Positions 25,262 to 39,520 of a stretch of DNA of 64,000 nt are shown piece by piece. The notes under the pieces are model-generated. The model saw nothing but the letters and a program-made list of their open reading frames with translations. It searched no databases and was not told where the DNA came from. This DNA is from Eledone cirrhosa. Lineage: Eukaryota. The DNA lies in NCBI GenBank assembly GCA_964016885.1, contig OZ024740.1:271498001-271562000 (forward strand), written 5' to 3'. Within the stretch, counting starts at the first letter, position 1. Each line of letters begins with the position of its first letter. A program made the position numbers and the translations under genes.

Positions 25262-25877
25262 TGAAAAATAGACCGAGAAACGGGACTGTCCATCATCAGT
25301 GATCTTCTGACTATCATCGATATTTCTTCGCATTAAAGACCAGATACCTCAAAATCAGTGCGAGCAATAACTAAAATAAGGTATTGGGACAGAGCGAATT
25401 GGGTGGAGAAAGAGGGACAGTAATCAAACAAAAGTAGTAATGCAACGTAAAGAGAGGAAATGAGAGACAAGTCAATGATACATGTGAACTTAAGTTCGAC
25501 CAAATCAACGACGAGAAGACGGCAGACACGTCCGAACCCTGTGAAATGTGAACAAGAAAGGGATTTCACACAGGTCAGGCGGGAGGAAGTGAGAGAGTGG
25601 GAGCAACAGAGAGTAAGTGAGTAAAAGTGTGAAGAAGAGGCCAGCCGAGAGAGTGTGACCAGCAGAGGGGGTGAATGAAAGCAAGAGGTACAAGGAGAGA
25701 GAAGGGAGAGAGAGAAAGAGGATAGCAGTAAGGTGATAGAAAAAGACGAACCACAGCGAGGGGAAAAAATTATATATGAATGAAAAAATGGCGTGCTGCG
25801 TTGTTGCGAGTGTGTTACATATGAATGAAAAATAGAGCGAGAAACGGGACTGTCCATCATCAGTGATCTTCTGACTA
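25255..25877. repeat. (TA)n-embedded unit with 59-bp terminal direct repeat
   Basis: atatgaatgaaaaataga.cgagaaacgggactgtccatcatcagtgatcttctgacta at 25255-25313 and 25819-25877. Confidence 0.7.
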
Positions 25878-25901
25878 ATATATATATTATATAGATAGAT
25901 A

Positions 25902-27045
<1,144 letters not shown>

Positions 27046-27670
27046 ACTAAAATAATATATATATTATATTTATATATTATATATTGCTCAATCCTGGTTA
27101 CAAAGTTCTCAAGCATCTGGCTCCTGATCTGGGTTGGCACCCCATCAGCGAGGCTTATCGGCTCTGTATCTGTGAGAGTGGGGAGATCCTCAAGCTACGT
27201 GGGTGGGCGATCAACACTACGTTTGAGATTATGAGTAATTGTATGCATCGAAGGACCCATCTGTTCGCCCATTTCGTAGGTAGATGCACCGCGAGCGGCC
27301 GCTGTCTTCCTTAATGGGCTACCGATCCTGTCCTGCCACGGTAGCCCCATTACTCGTCCTAGAGCACCAACACTTTTTCTTGCATCTTTTGTGTGTGTAT
27401 TTTCATTATGTGTATATATGTATATGTATGTATTTATAAGTGTGTGTATATATATATATTTATATATATATATATCCAGGGATACCGTGGATTACAGAGT
27501 CGGGCTAGATCGATACAGATCGAACCTTGAGCTGATCAGTGTCGAAACGCGCGTCACCAACCAATAAACCATAATGAAGGAGTAACCACTCGTCCTTGTT
27601 TTATTTGCTCTACGGTTCTTATATATTTGATATATATTTATCCTTATAAATTTGATATATATTTATCCTT

Positions 27671-28359
27671 ATAAATTTGAAGACTAAAATCCAAAGAGGG
27701 CTAGATAAGGATAAATATATATCAAATATATAAGAACCGTAGAGCAAATATTTATTAAAATAACAGATTAAAGTTTAAGCAAAGAATCGCTGCTTTCACC
27801 CTTAAAGACAACCACACCCAATATAAGTTACACTGGGAGATCCTAGCTAGGGCCAGATCGTATAACGGAAATAAAAGACCATGTGACCTCTGCGTCGCTG
27901 AGGCCGTGGAAATACTCTACGTCACAGACCACATCTTAAACAAAAAAATCTGAAGCAATTTCGGCTTGTAAACATAAATTGCACAAAACTTTCCTGTATT
28001 ACAGCCCCACATTATACCCTAACGGATAGTACGATCTATACGTGGATATGTTACGTCTTGATGTGGTAGCTAAGTATATGTTATGTTTATACCATTATTT
28101 ATTTGCATAGGGAACGTTTCCACGAACCAAAGTATCGTCTTCCTGTCTTTCTCCGGTTGCAACGTTTTTTGAAATATCCACTTCTGCGTTCACAGATTGA
28201 CTTTGTTAGTTTCAGAAGATCCCGTTAAGGGTGAAAGCAGCGATTCTTTGCTTAAACTTTAATCTGTTATTTTAATAAATATTTGCACTATGGTTCTTAT
28301 ATATTTGATATATATTTATCCTTATCGAGCCCTCTTTGGATTTTAGTCTTCAAATTTAT
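27671..28359 (+). mobile_element. PLE fragment (GIY-YIG C-terminus and 3' UTR) with inverted 3'-end copy
   Basis: Inverted repeats 27671-27804 and 28225-28359; interior encodes LHWEILARARSY..CDLCVAE..LNKK..SACKH. Confidence 0.8.
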
Positions 28360-28368
28360 TATTATTAC

Positions 28369-28399
<31 letters not shown>

Positions 28400-28742
28400 C
28401 ATAGGAACAAAGTGGAGGTGTTACATATGAGATTTATTGCTCAACCCGGTTACAAGGGTTCCCAGGCAGCTGGCTTGTGATCTTGAGTCATCCCAGACGA
28501 GACTACAAGTCACATCAAATCTACATATATATCTACATATCCAATCTGGCCGAGTTTACACTCGCAGATAAGAAGAACCGGGGCCGCCCCTAGGAGCATT
28601 ATATTTGGTGTACTTCATATTTGTTTCGGTTGCTGAATACAATCAGGGGCCGCTGCTTCTCTTGAAGGTCAATAGTTCTCTTCTAACTCGAGTGGGAGCG
28701 CCTTTCCATTGATCATCTGCAAAGCCGCATTGTTCTCAGAGC

Positions 28743-28811
<69 letters not shown>

Positions 28812-28815
<4 letters not shown>

Positions 28816-30570
28816 GAGATTCAGGACCCCGACGGCTGAGCTCCGGCCGTTTCGACTGCTAGATCCGAAATAAAGCGCCGGTATTCGGGTGGCGGGAATC
28901 TAGCTAAACTCCTCAAGGGGTATAGTCCATATATGGGCAGACAGTGTATGCAAAAAAATCTTAAAAGTTCGCTTGTTATTTTGTTTTTCTCTGGGAGTGG
29001 TCAGTGATCGAGGTGGGGTACTTTTGTTCAAATGTACGTCTTCGTAAAGGTAGCTGGTTTTGTCCTGCCTTATCCCGATAAAAGTCTTGAATTATCTAGT
29101 TTTATTACACTCATGGTGGCAAGGAAAGGGGCTAGACAGAATGAAAGGTAGGAGAAAGTGGGTGACTAGACCTATTGATCTGAAGGTGTTAAGCTTGTCA
29201 GTAGAGCACACACGCAATTAAGAGAGAATTCTACCTTATCAAATATTTCTAATCTGTAGAAATGACATTGTACTTAATTACATGAGGTTCAAAAAGAAAA
29301 AAACGAGAGAACTTTTAAGTCAAAGAGAATAGCCTAGTGTATTTATGTGTTTGTTAATTTGCCTTTTCTTTACAATTTGCTAAAAAGCTAAGCATTTATA
29401 ATTTATTACCTCCTCGTCGAGTTATCAATTGCTCAATGGCCCGGGAAAAGCGCCTTGTTCACTAATTTATTTATTTCAAATTTTAATAAATCTACCATTA
29501 ATCTTAAAGATAGTTCTAGTTATTTCGGTTCTCGTGCTATCGTTAGTTAGCTAAGAATCTATAGTATTATGGATTCCTGTTCTATATAAGAAATGCCTCA
29601 AAGTGTATTTATAACAGGTATATCAAAGCTATCGCAATACCGTAACAAAAGGAAGTAATAGAACTGAATGCTAATAGTTTTCTTTAACATCGTTAACGCT
29701 ATAGATGTTATGATAGTGCTTACGTACGGAGCTAATGTATGTGTATATAATAGTACACATTTACTCTATATACCAGGCGTGCCGTTGCTGCAGTACAGGA
29801 ATGGTGGTGTTTAAACTTGTGGCTTGTGCTTAAACTGTGAGTAATAGGTCTGTGCATGTATTGTAGCTATCTAATCGGCTGGTCTTAAAGGGCAATATGT
29901 ATATGTTTACAATAATGAAAATATTCTATTTCTTCCTAAGGATGCTTTAGGAAAGGGACAAGTGTTCTCTGGGCTTCCTCAATGTTATTGTGTAAGTGGG
30001 AAGGATATTAAAACCAAGATCTACCCATCTGGATCGTGAGGGGGTTTGAAAGTAAAATGTCTTAAATATTCTGTGTTTACACGAGGTAATAAGTTCATCC
30101 TTTTTGTTTAATAATTGATCCTTGGCAAACAGCATCAGAATCGTTTCCTCCGAGCATAAGTTGCATGGCCGGCGTACTCCCGAGTAAGGATTTTGCCTTG
30201 GAAAGTAGGCTCCATTTTAAATGATAGGTAATGTTGTTGTCTTGGAGGTTCCAAATATGGCCAGAAAGTGGTGTAGCGTGTCGCCGGGTCGGGTTTCTAA
30301 ATGTAGGCCTTGTTGGAATGTCTCGTCTTCACGTTGCACTGATAGACCACGTTTCGTTCTCGGCATCCATTGTTGAGGGGACATGATGATCTATCCGGAC
30401 AGGTACACCTCCTAGTTTGCTCACCACTAATATCGTTGTTATTTCTGTTAGAGAGGAGTTTTGCGTTGTTAGAGGAAACGATATGTTGTGCAAAGTTGGG
30501 TTTAGTGCTGTTACGTTTAGTGTTTTTCCAACTATGACCAGTTGTATTCAGTGGTGAACCAACAACTTCA
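28812..30570 (-). pseudogene. Degenerate 5'-truncated PLE (GIY-YIG, long 3' UTR) in (TA)n
   Basis: CTCPDRSSCPLNNGCRERNVVYQC, LSGHIWNL, CNLCSEE..LLNKKDELITSCKH; hammerhead at the 3' end. Confidence 0.8.
28826..28921 (-). ncRNA. Extended type I hammerhead (long stem II, long stem III)
   Basis: Minus strand: acccc TTGAGGA gtttagctagattc...ggatctagcagtc GAAACGGC cggagctca GCCGTC ggggt; C3 replaced by U. Confidence 0.65.
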
Positions 30571-30607
30571 ATAATGAATATATATATATATATATATATA
30601 ATATGTT

Positions 30608-31298
30608 ATTCTTCTTCGCCCACTTATTCCTGGGAGGGTCGTGGCAACAGAGCCCTCAAACACTCCTTCCAGCGGGTCCTGTCAGAAGCAACGCTCTCTA
30701 ACTGCTTGAGCTGGATCCCCAAGCGAGACCACCCAAGCTCACAAATGTTATCTAACCATCTTGCTCGGGGGTCTACCCCTAGGTCTCCTGTCGGTTATTT
30801 TGCCCGTAAAATCTGTCCAGTGATTCTTTCCTGAGACATTTTAAACCACATGTCCATAGTATCAGAGCTGTGATCTCTCGATTCGGAGAAGTAGCAGCTC
30901 TACCTGGAGTGACTCTCTGGTATCTGAGCTACGCACTTTATCGAGTAATGTTATTCCAAAGACCCTTCGGAGGAACCCCATTTCGGCCACTTGTATTTAC
31001 GATCGTATTCTTTCGGTCATTACCCAAGATTCATGATCATAGGTAAGGATTGGCACGAATATTGGATTGAAGATCTTTTACGCCTACTTCTCTTCTGATA
31101 ACTGAATGCAGGAGCTGGCGCATTACTGCACCAGCTCCTGCAATTCTTGCACTTAATTCAGCTTCCTGCCTTCCATCACTCGTGAACAAGACCCCGAGAT
31201 ACTTGAACCTCTCTACCTGCTTCAGTTACACTCCATTTACATATAGAGTGCACTGTGCTGCGTCCTTGAGAGGACCAATGTCTCAATTTTCGCACCAT

Positions 31299-31300
<2 letters not shown>
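30608..31300 (-). mobile_element. RTE-clade LINE 3' fragment, degenerate
   Basis: KQVERFKYLG, LTYDHESW, LLLRIERSQL; same family as 38399-39100. Confidence 0.75.
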
Positions 31301-31348
<48 letters not shown>

Positions 31349-31909
31349 TAATGTTTCTTCATTGTATTGTGTCGTTTGTTTTGTTATTTCTGTTTGCCTT
31401 TTGCATATATATCATATATATATCCAAACTACAGCCATTCATAAGCTAACCTACATCAAGAAACAACAGTTAGACAAAATGTGTTGGGTGGGGATTTTCT
31501 TTAATTAATCAAAATAAATTTACATACTGGAAAAAAATTAATGGTTTCTGATTTAGACAGAAGGGCAACAATTATAGGGTGAGGCGAGAGAAAGGTCGTT
31601 TAAAAATCAACCTCAATGCGTTACTGGTACTTTATTTTATCGACTCCCGTAACTTCGGCGGGATTTGAACTCGGAACGTAAAGGGACGAAACTCTATGCC
31701 GCGAAGCATGGTGTCCGACGCTCTACCGATATTGAAAAATAAAATAAAACAACAAATTTTGCGATGAAAATTATAAGCCTCAACATCACACTGATGTTGG
31801 AAATTTATGCATGCAAGATTTCACAGGACTAGCTTCAGTCCTTCATAGGCAGTTTATGAACTTTTCGACCCACCCTCGTAAGTACACACACATACAATGC
31901 TTATACAAT

Positions 31910-32349
31910 AAACATCGCCCTGATGAGGACCATTAAGTTCGAAAGGCATCGACAGTTATCCCCCTTGCTTCTGCCGGACACCGCTCAGCGGCTCTGACCA
32001 CCAGTGTTCTATTCATAGTTGTGACTTTGAAAATGTTTATTTATACACATACCGTATATCTTTAGATATTCGAAATTCACGTACATATTTGTATACAGCT
32101 ATGTTGAAGGTAAATTCTAATTCTATTTTAAGTTAAACTAACTTATACAGCTTCGCGTGCAAATCAGGCTAACCACCCCATTTACACAGACGAAAAAACT
32201 ATATATTTTCCTCTGTTTCAAATCCAGCAGTAGCGAAGAGGAAACATCGTCCTGATGAGGACCATTAAGTTCGAAATGGATCGACGGTTATACCCCTTGC
32301 TTCTTTTGGATTCCGCTGACACCAGTGTTCTATTCATAGCTGTGGCTTG
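31910..32349 (+). repeat. Two tandem hammerhead-containing repeats, 332-nt period (retrozyme- or pLTR-like)
   Basis: CTGATGA ggac-cattaa-gttc GAAA (ggca/tgga) TC gac at 31920 and 32252; second copy has stem I cgtc/gacg. Confidence 0.7.
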
Positions 32350-32557
32350 TTTATAAACACTACCAGAAAAACCACCTTTCGGGTGGTTTCTCTGTGTAGT
32401 GTGCATATTGATATTATACGCAAGTATATATGTATGCAGATATGATACATCAAATAACATCGTAATTGACAATATACACAGAAATTGAACGAAGACTGTG
32501 TTACACTGCCTTATGTAATCAGTAACGTAATCCATGATACATTAAAAAAAGACGATA

Positions 32558-34137
32558 TCTATACTATAAAGCTGACGGCCGTATATAGGTAACAAACTTT
32601 CCGCCAAACGACTAGACCAAACAGCACCAAATTTGCACCATAGATGTAACTTTTTCCAAGTAAAAAAATGAAGGTATGTTTGTCTACTGAAGTTTGTTAA
32701 AAGATTAAAGACGTTATTTAAATATTCACTTCTTTAAAATTTCAAATGTCAACATTTCCGGTTAGACGTCATTCCTCACTTTTTCTTATGACGTCGCACA
32801 AAATTCTCCTCTTTTTCTTAGTCTGTCTTTTTAAATAGATACATAGCATTAGATAACGTTTTTCGAAATATTTACTTCTGCGTTTACAGACTGATTTTTT
32901 TAGTTAAGGGTAAAATCAGCGATTCTTTGCTTAATATTTAATGTTATTTTAATATAAATATTCGTGTACAGATATTTTTGCATACACAAAAACCTATTCA
33001 TTTCACGAAAGCACAGACGGCTTATTGTCATTGTTACTGTTCGAGGTTAGAGGACCACAGTCTTCTGGCGCCCGGGTAGGTATACCGGCATTTTATCTTT
33101 TCAGGAATCCCCTTACACTCCAGTGCAAAGATACCGCACGCCCTCTTGACCATGGGAGAATCACTGATTTCGTAGCTCGTCTCGCGGGTAAGCTCTGTAG
33201 ACGTTGACCTCTGGACACTCCTGTCAGGAGCAGGTAAGCTGTAGTTACTTAGAGGCCTACCACCAATCTCCAGGACACTGTTTTCAAGACAAATGAGCGC
33301 CTCATTGAAATGACATCGTATGTTACGTTTGGATTGTGTCTGCGTGTGCGGTGGAGGATCTCCTCAGCTAAACTTTCACGGTGGTTGATCTCAGTTGTGC
33401 AGCGTAATAACAAAAGGTGTTCGCAGCTGAGAAGGAACTTTAGCAGTTGCTGCTTCTTGCAGGATGAGGTGCCAATGGCTGTCATCGTATAACATACCAC
33501 GCATCTGGCAAGCCAAACGGAAAGTGAAATATTGATAGCCATTTATGGTTCTCAGATCTTGGAAAGACTGTGGTCCTCTAACCTGGAACAGTAACAATGA
33601 CCATAAGCCGTCTGTGCTTTCGTGAAATAAATATGTTTTTGTTTTTGTGTATGCAAAAATATCTGTACACGAATATATATATTAAAATAACAGACTAAAG
33701 TTTAAACAAAGAATCGCTGCTTTCACCCTTAACGGGATCTTCTGAAACTAAAAAAATCCGTCTGTGAACGCAGAAGTAAATATTTCGAAAAACGTTATCT
33801 AATGCAGACAGCCAGACATACAGACATATTATAAGTGCGCTACGTTATAGCTATGTATCTATCTAAAAAGACAGACTAAGAAAAAGAGGGGAATGTTGTG
33901 CGACGTCATAAGAAAAAGTGAGGAATGACGTCTAACCGGAAGTGTTGACATTTAAATTTTAAAGAAGTGAATATTTAAATAATGTCTTTAATCTTTTAAC
34001 AAAATTCAGTAGACAAACATACCCTCAATTTTTTACTTAGAAAAAGTTACATCTATGGTGCAAATTTATTGCTGTTTGGTCCAGCCGTTTGGCGGAAAGT
34101 TTGTTACCTACATACGGCCGTCAGCTTTATAGTATAG

Positions 34138-34138
<1 letters not shown>
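32558..34138. mobile_element. Helitron-derived fold-back: two inverted 5' ends around a Rep/helicase remnant
   Basis: A|TCTATACTATAAAGCTG at both ends; arms about 32558-33064 and 33564-34138; minus strand LLFQVRGPQSFQDLRTING..FRLACQMRGMLYDDSHW..EA..PSQLR and LENSVLEIGGRPL..LPAPDR resemble Helitron RepHel. Confidence 0.75.
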
Positions 34139-34183
<45 letters not shown>

Positions 34184-34513
34184 TTCACTAAAGAAATATA
34201 TTTCACCATTTGAAATATATTTCCTTAGTGAAATGTATACAAGGAGGATTAATCATTTTTTAAAAGGTAATATTTGAAGCTCTAGTTAAACTTTAATTAG
34301 TTACCTACTTAGTTATATGTGATTACACACTTTACAAATTATCCTCTGTGATTGTTTCATGTGTTTATTTTAAATATATATATATCAATCAATTTTTAGT
34401 TGATATAAAATGCTCGGATCTATTCATTGGAATCTTTGAGCTTATTCTACGGTGGATAATGCGCATGTCTCGGACATGACTCCCTTAATTAAATTTAATT
34501 TAATTAATTTTGG

Positions 34514-34544
<31 letters not shown>

Positions 34545-34968
34545 CATATAAATACATATACACATGTATAGTATGCTAGGGAAAGGATCAGGGGTGTATA
34601 ACACTCCACTTATCCAGCAGGCAGTATATGTATATATATATATATGAAGAATCGAGACGTATCCGAGGACCGGGCGATTTCAGAGTCAGGTTTGATCGTG
34701 CCTCGAGCTAGTCGCGCGAGAAACAATTGTAATATGTCCAATAAATTCCTTTCGTCGCAACGCGTTCTCTTTTTTCTGTGATATCATACTCTGCTCGATT
34801 AGGGCATCGAGTGCTTATAAGGCCTACCGCATATGGACGCTTTAAGCATCCAACACCAATTATACTCCAAAGCTTGTTGAGTGCTTTATATCAGTTATAA
34901 AAATATTTGCTTGTTGTATCCCAACAATTTAAATAGAACTTTTGCATATATATATATATATTCATATA

Positions 34969-35000
<32 letters not shown>

Positions 35001-35098
35001 CACATATATATATACATATATACACATATATATATATACATATATATACATACATATATATATACATATATATACATACATATATATATATATACATA

Positions 35099-35136
<38 letters not shown>

Positions 35137-35169
35137 CATATATTATATATATATATAAATATATATATA

Positions 35170-35376
35170 TCATCATCATCATCATCATCACCGTTTTACG
35201 TTCGTTCTTCCACGCTAGCATGGGTTAGACGGGTTGTCCTGTTGTGGGCAGTGTCTGGTCGGCTGACCATGCCTTGCTCATACAGGAACTGATTTGGCTT
35301 GATTTCTACAGCTGGATGCCCTTCCCAACACCAACCTCATTTACAGTGAGTGCTGGGTGCTTTTTCGTGGCGCCTA
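35170..35376 (-). mobile_element. 3' end of RTE LINE with (GAT)n tail
   Basis: Nearly identical to 53305-53502. Confidence 0.8.
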
Positions 35377-35409
35377 TATACAAATATACATATATACATA
35401 CATATATAT

Positions 35410-35444
<35 letters not shown>

Positions 35445-35513
35445 CATATATATGTACATTTTTTTCCAATTCAAACCCGCCCATCCCTTCAATCTATCTT
35501 ATTTCTCATTCTT

Positions 35514-35549
35514 TCTTCTGATGAAGGACTAGTGTCCGAAACGTTAAGA
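35514..35549 (+). ncRNA. Minimal type I hammerhead
   Basis: tctt CTGATGA a ggac-tagt-gtcc GAAA C G TT aaga; AACGTT palindrome as in dimer-acting minimal hammerheads. Confidence 0.75.
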
Positions 35550-35974
35550 CCCTCTTCCTGCTATATCAAGCGTTAATCTAATATATCCCTTCCATATACT
35601 GTACCGATTGTGTTGTTATTTCTGTTTATTTTTTACATACATATGATATGCAAATCTGGCTGATCAGTGGGTCTGCTAATATGCAGATCTGACTTATCAG
35701 CCAGTCTGCTAATATGCAAATCAGGCCGATCAGTCACTGTGTATTTTAGAAAATAGCATATATTTTCACTAGCTCTAAGAGTTTGGCAGGTGAACAGTGA
35801 GCTGTACTGATGAAGGGTGATACCCAGAAACATTAGTGTCTGCAGTTCTGTTCCCATGCCAACACAAGAGCAAGAATGAAGGGTTCATTCTACTGACATG
35901 GCTATAAAATTGAGGCTTGTTTGCATAATTGCAAACGAATCGAATGTTATTATTAATATTCGAAAAACTCAGAT

Positions 35975-36005
<31 letters not shown>

Positions 36006-36051
36006 GTACATGAAGGAATTTGTAGTTTACTTGAAGCATTGTATATGGTAT

Positions 36052-36293
36052 AAAGAATCCGAAGTTTGAAAGCCACGACAATGCGTGTTTGGACAGAGAA
36101 CAATTGAATCGTAAGGAACAGGGTTTTTTTTTGTTTTTTTGTTTTTTTTTAACCTTAATTTATTCATGTCCTGATATTTCGAGATTAATATCTCTTCTTC
36201 TGAGGAAAATAAAGGAACTATTCCAGTTAGTTCCTAGTTAATTATTCTCCGTCCAAACCCGCATTGTTGTGGCTTTCAAACTTCGAATTCTTT
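36052..36293 (-). mobile_element. Small element with inverted termini and hammerhead-like core
   Basis: Inverted repeats at about 36052-36099 and 36245-36293; minus strand has cAGAAGA agagat-atta-atctc GAAA ta TC agg, related to 24699-24733. Confidence 0.55.
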
Positions 36294-36890
36294 TTATATA
36301 TATATATAGTAATAATAAATGTGAAGACTAAAATCCGAAGAGGGTTCGATAAGGATTTATAATATGTTATGTACAGATTAAAGTTTAAGCAAAGAATCGC
36401 TGCTTTCACCCTTTTATGGGATCTTCTGAAACTCAGTTTATATATTATTTTTATTATTATTATTAAAATAAAGCACCAGTAATGTAATATACTGGGGTCG
36501 ATTTAATCGACTTTCCCCCTCCCCAAAAAATCGTTGGCCTTGTGCATGAATCAGAAATTATTATTTAAATGAATTCTCAACACAGTTGCATGCTACCTAA
36601 GGTTTCAAAGCATACTCTAGTACAGGTCTCAGAGATGGTATATCTACTAGCATAGATCTTCCAGGCACTACCAAGATGGCTGACGTTATTTACACGAGAC
36701 CTCTTCAACTGGAAGGGAGGTAATAATAATTTAATAAATTTGAATAACTCCTATGTCTAAATTTATATTATTTAATTTAATTGTAATTATTAGTGTTTGT
36801 ATTAGGTGAAAAGGGGTTGCGTTTGCCCATGTATAATTGTATTCATTATTGTAGTAAATGTGTTTTTATTTAGGCACAGGGTATTGTTAA

Positions 36891-36953
<63 letters not shown>

Positions 36954-37529
36954 GTCAATATAGGTGGTGTGTGATATGTGTTTTGTTAAAGGTGTGTTAT
37001 TTATGTGTATATTATGTATATAGTTTATTGTATTTAACCGTCTTTGAGTGCAGTGCCATTTAGGTGTGTAGGCCTGAGACTAATTTAATGGACTAAGGTG
37101 GGTGTAAGATAGTTGTTTTGTGTGACCAAACCTGTATTCTTCCACGATTAGAGGACATCTGATCTCATATGTGGGCGTCCTCTATCTCATGTTTAATGTT
37201 TAGGTATTTATCCGAGGATTTCAGACTCAATAATATCCTTAATTTTTCACTTGGGCAAATTGAACACCTTTTTTTTCTTTTAATGCCTATGTGAAAAATT
37301 AAAAATATTACAGGCACAGGCTCAGGTAGGGTATTTTTGTGGAAGACCAGCAGTCGCCCATGCATACCAGTCTCCTCTCTCCACACAACCGATGTTGTCC
37401 AAGGAAAGGCAAAGACCGATGCAGCTTGGCATTAGTGACATTACAACTCATTTTTACAGCAGAATGAACTGAAGCAACGTGAAATAAAGGGTCTTGCTGA
37501 AGAACACAACGTATTGTCCGTGTGAGTGA

Positions 37530-38185
37530 AATGTGCAGGAAATTATCAATAAGAACCCCTGAAAATCAATTTGCGCCATTGCTAAGGAGCTCAGCATTTC
37601 AAAGCACATTGTCGGAAGAATTGTGCATGAGAACATTCGATACAAGTCATATGTGATATGAAGAGACCAATTCATGTCTGCAAAGACAAAAGATAACCGT
37701 CTGATCCACGTAAAGAGCTTGTTGAGCAAGTTAAATCATCAAGAGCATGGAATGCTTTGGTTTTTCTCTGATGAGAAAAACTTTGATCAGGACCAAAAAG
37801 TCAACCGAACGAATGATAGGTGGTTATGCAGAAAACTTAAAGATGTTCCGACCATGCACAACAGTTTCCAATAACTGTGATGGTTCCAAGATTTGTAAGC
37901 AACGAGCAAGATGCCATGCTTCCTCACGACATAAGTGCCAATGCTGCTTACTATAAGGGGGGTGCTGGAGAAGGTTATGAAGACTTTCGTTGATAGCATA
38001 AGCAAAGGAAGACAGTACACCTACTAACAAAACTCTGCAGTCTCATTAGGCCAAGACTGGATGAGTTACAATCTCTACGATCTCGTCACCCCATGCATTT
38101 GGCCTCCGAGCTCTCCTGATATTAATCTGTTGAACTATTACGTGTGGGGCATAGTAGCAAAGGAAGTTAACGCCTCATTAATACT
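37530..38185 (+). pseudogene. Tc1/mariner-superfamily (maT/DD37D-like) transposase remnant
   Basis: HTH AIAKELSISKHIVGRIVHE, WFFSDEKNF..NRTNDRW, WPPSSPDINLLNYYVWG; stops and frameshifts. Confidence 0.85.
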
Positions 38186-38398
38186 ATAAAATCACTGAAG
38201 TGTGGCATAACTCGCACAATGTGCAAAATATATGTACACATACACACAAGAGAGAGAGGGGGAGAACATATACGATGTATTTATATACACTAAACACATG
38301 AGAGAGCTTCGCTATCAAAGAAAAATAATTTTTCGCTATGACAAAATTCCTTATCTTTTTTTGTTCTGTGAACATGTCGCAGATATTTCAATTATTTC

Positions 38399-39100
38399 AT
38401 CTTGTTCTTCTTCGCTCACTTATTCCTGTGTGGGTCATGTGGATAGAGTCCTCAAACACTCCTTCCAGCGGGTCCTGTCAGAAACAACCATCTCCAAATG
38501 ATCTGGCTGGATCTCCAAGAGAGACCAGCCAAACTCATGGCCGTTATCCAACCATTTTGCTCTGTGTCTACACCCGAGTCTTCTGTCGGTTGGTTTTGCC
38601 CGTAAAATCTGTCCAGCGATTCTTCCCTGAGACATTCTAACCACATGTCCGTAATATAGGAGCTGTGATCTCTCGATTCGGAGAAGTAGCGGCTCTACCT
38701 GGAATGATTCACTGGTCTCTGAGCTACGCACTCTATCGAGTAATGTTACTGCAAAGACTCTTCAGAGGAACCCCCATTTCGGCCGCTTGCATTTGCGATC
38801 GTTTTCTTTCGGTCATTACCCAAGATTCATAACCATAGGTAAGAGTTGGCATGAATACCAAATTGAAAATAGCGAGTTTCGCTTTTACACCTACCTCGCT
38901 TCTGGTTACTGAATGCTGAAGATGGAGCCTGACTGCACCACCTTTGCAATTCTTGCATTTAATTCAGCCTTCTACCTACATTCACTGGTAAACACGACCG
39001 AGATAATTGAACATCTCTACCTGTTTCAGTGGCACTCCATTCATATGTAGAATGCACTGCGCGGCGTCCCTGAAAGGACGAGTGTCACAGTTTTTGCAGC
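38399..39100 (-). mobile_element. RTE-clade LINE 3' fragment
   Basis: LKQVEMFNYLG, VEPLLLRIERSQLLYYGHVVRM, DRTRWK. Confidence 0.8.
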
Positions 39101-39327
39101 AATGACGAAAAAATAATTTCTTTGATAGCGAGGCTCTTAAGTGTTTATTGTACATAAACACATCGTAGGTTTTCATATAAACCCATAAGACTATTTTATT
39201 GTTACGGAAAATATGTCCATTTGTGTGTGTGTATATAGAAAGAGAGAATTCCACAACAAATTAGCAAAGGAAACCCTATACCGAAGTCGTCCTGACGAGA
39301 CGCGAGTGTGTGTGTGTTATATAAATA

Positions 39328-39520
39328 CGAGGGTGGTCAGCTGAAAAATTCTTTGGTTGACTATGAAGGATTGATGCTAGGGCTGTGAAATCTTGCATTA
39401 ATTTCAACTCTTCTTAATAACTACAATTTTTCTTTAGAGTGACTATATTGAAAAATAAACATCATTTGGTCATTTCATGAGAGTATCTTGGTCAGCTTAT
39501 GAACTTTTCAGCCAACCCTC
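39328..39520. mobile_element. Mariner-type MITE
   Basis: TA-cgaggg..gctgaaaa and ttttcagccaaccctcg termini; other copies at about 43774-43958 and 52885-53079, partials near 17105, 18243, 31855. Confidence 0.75.

Noticed and set aside
25280-25330. Hammerhead on minus strand (GAAA..GTC..CTGATGA)
   Set aside because: Stems I and II cannot be closed convincingly
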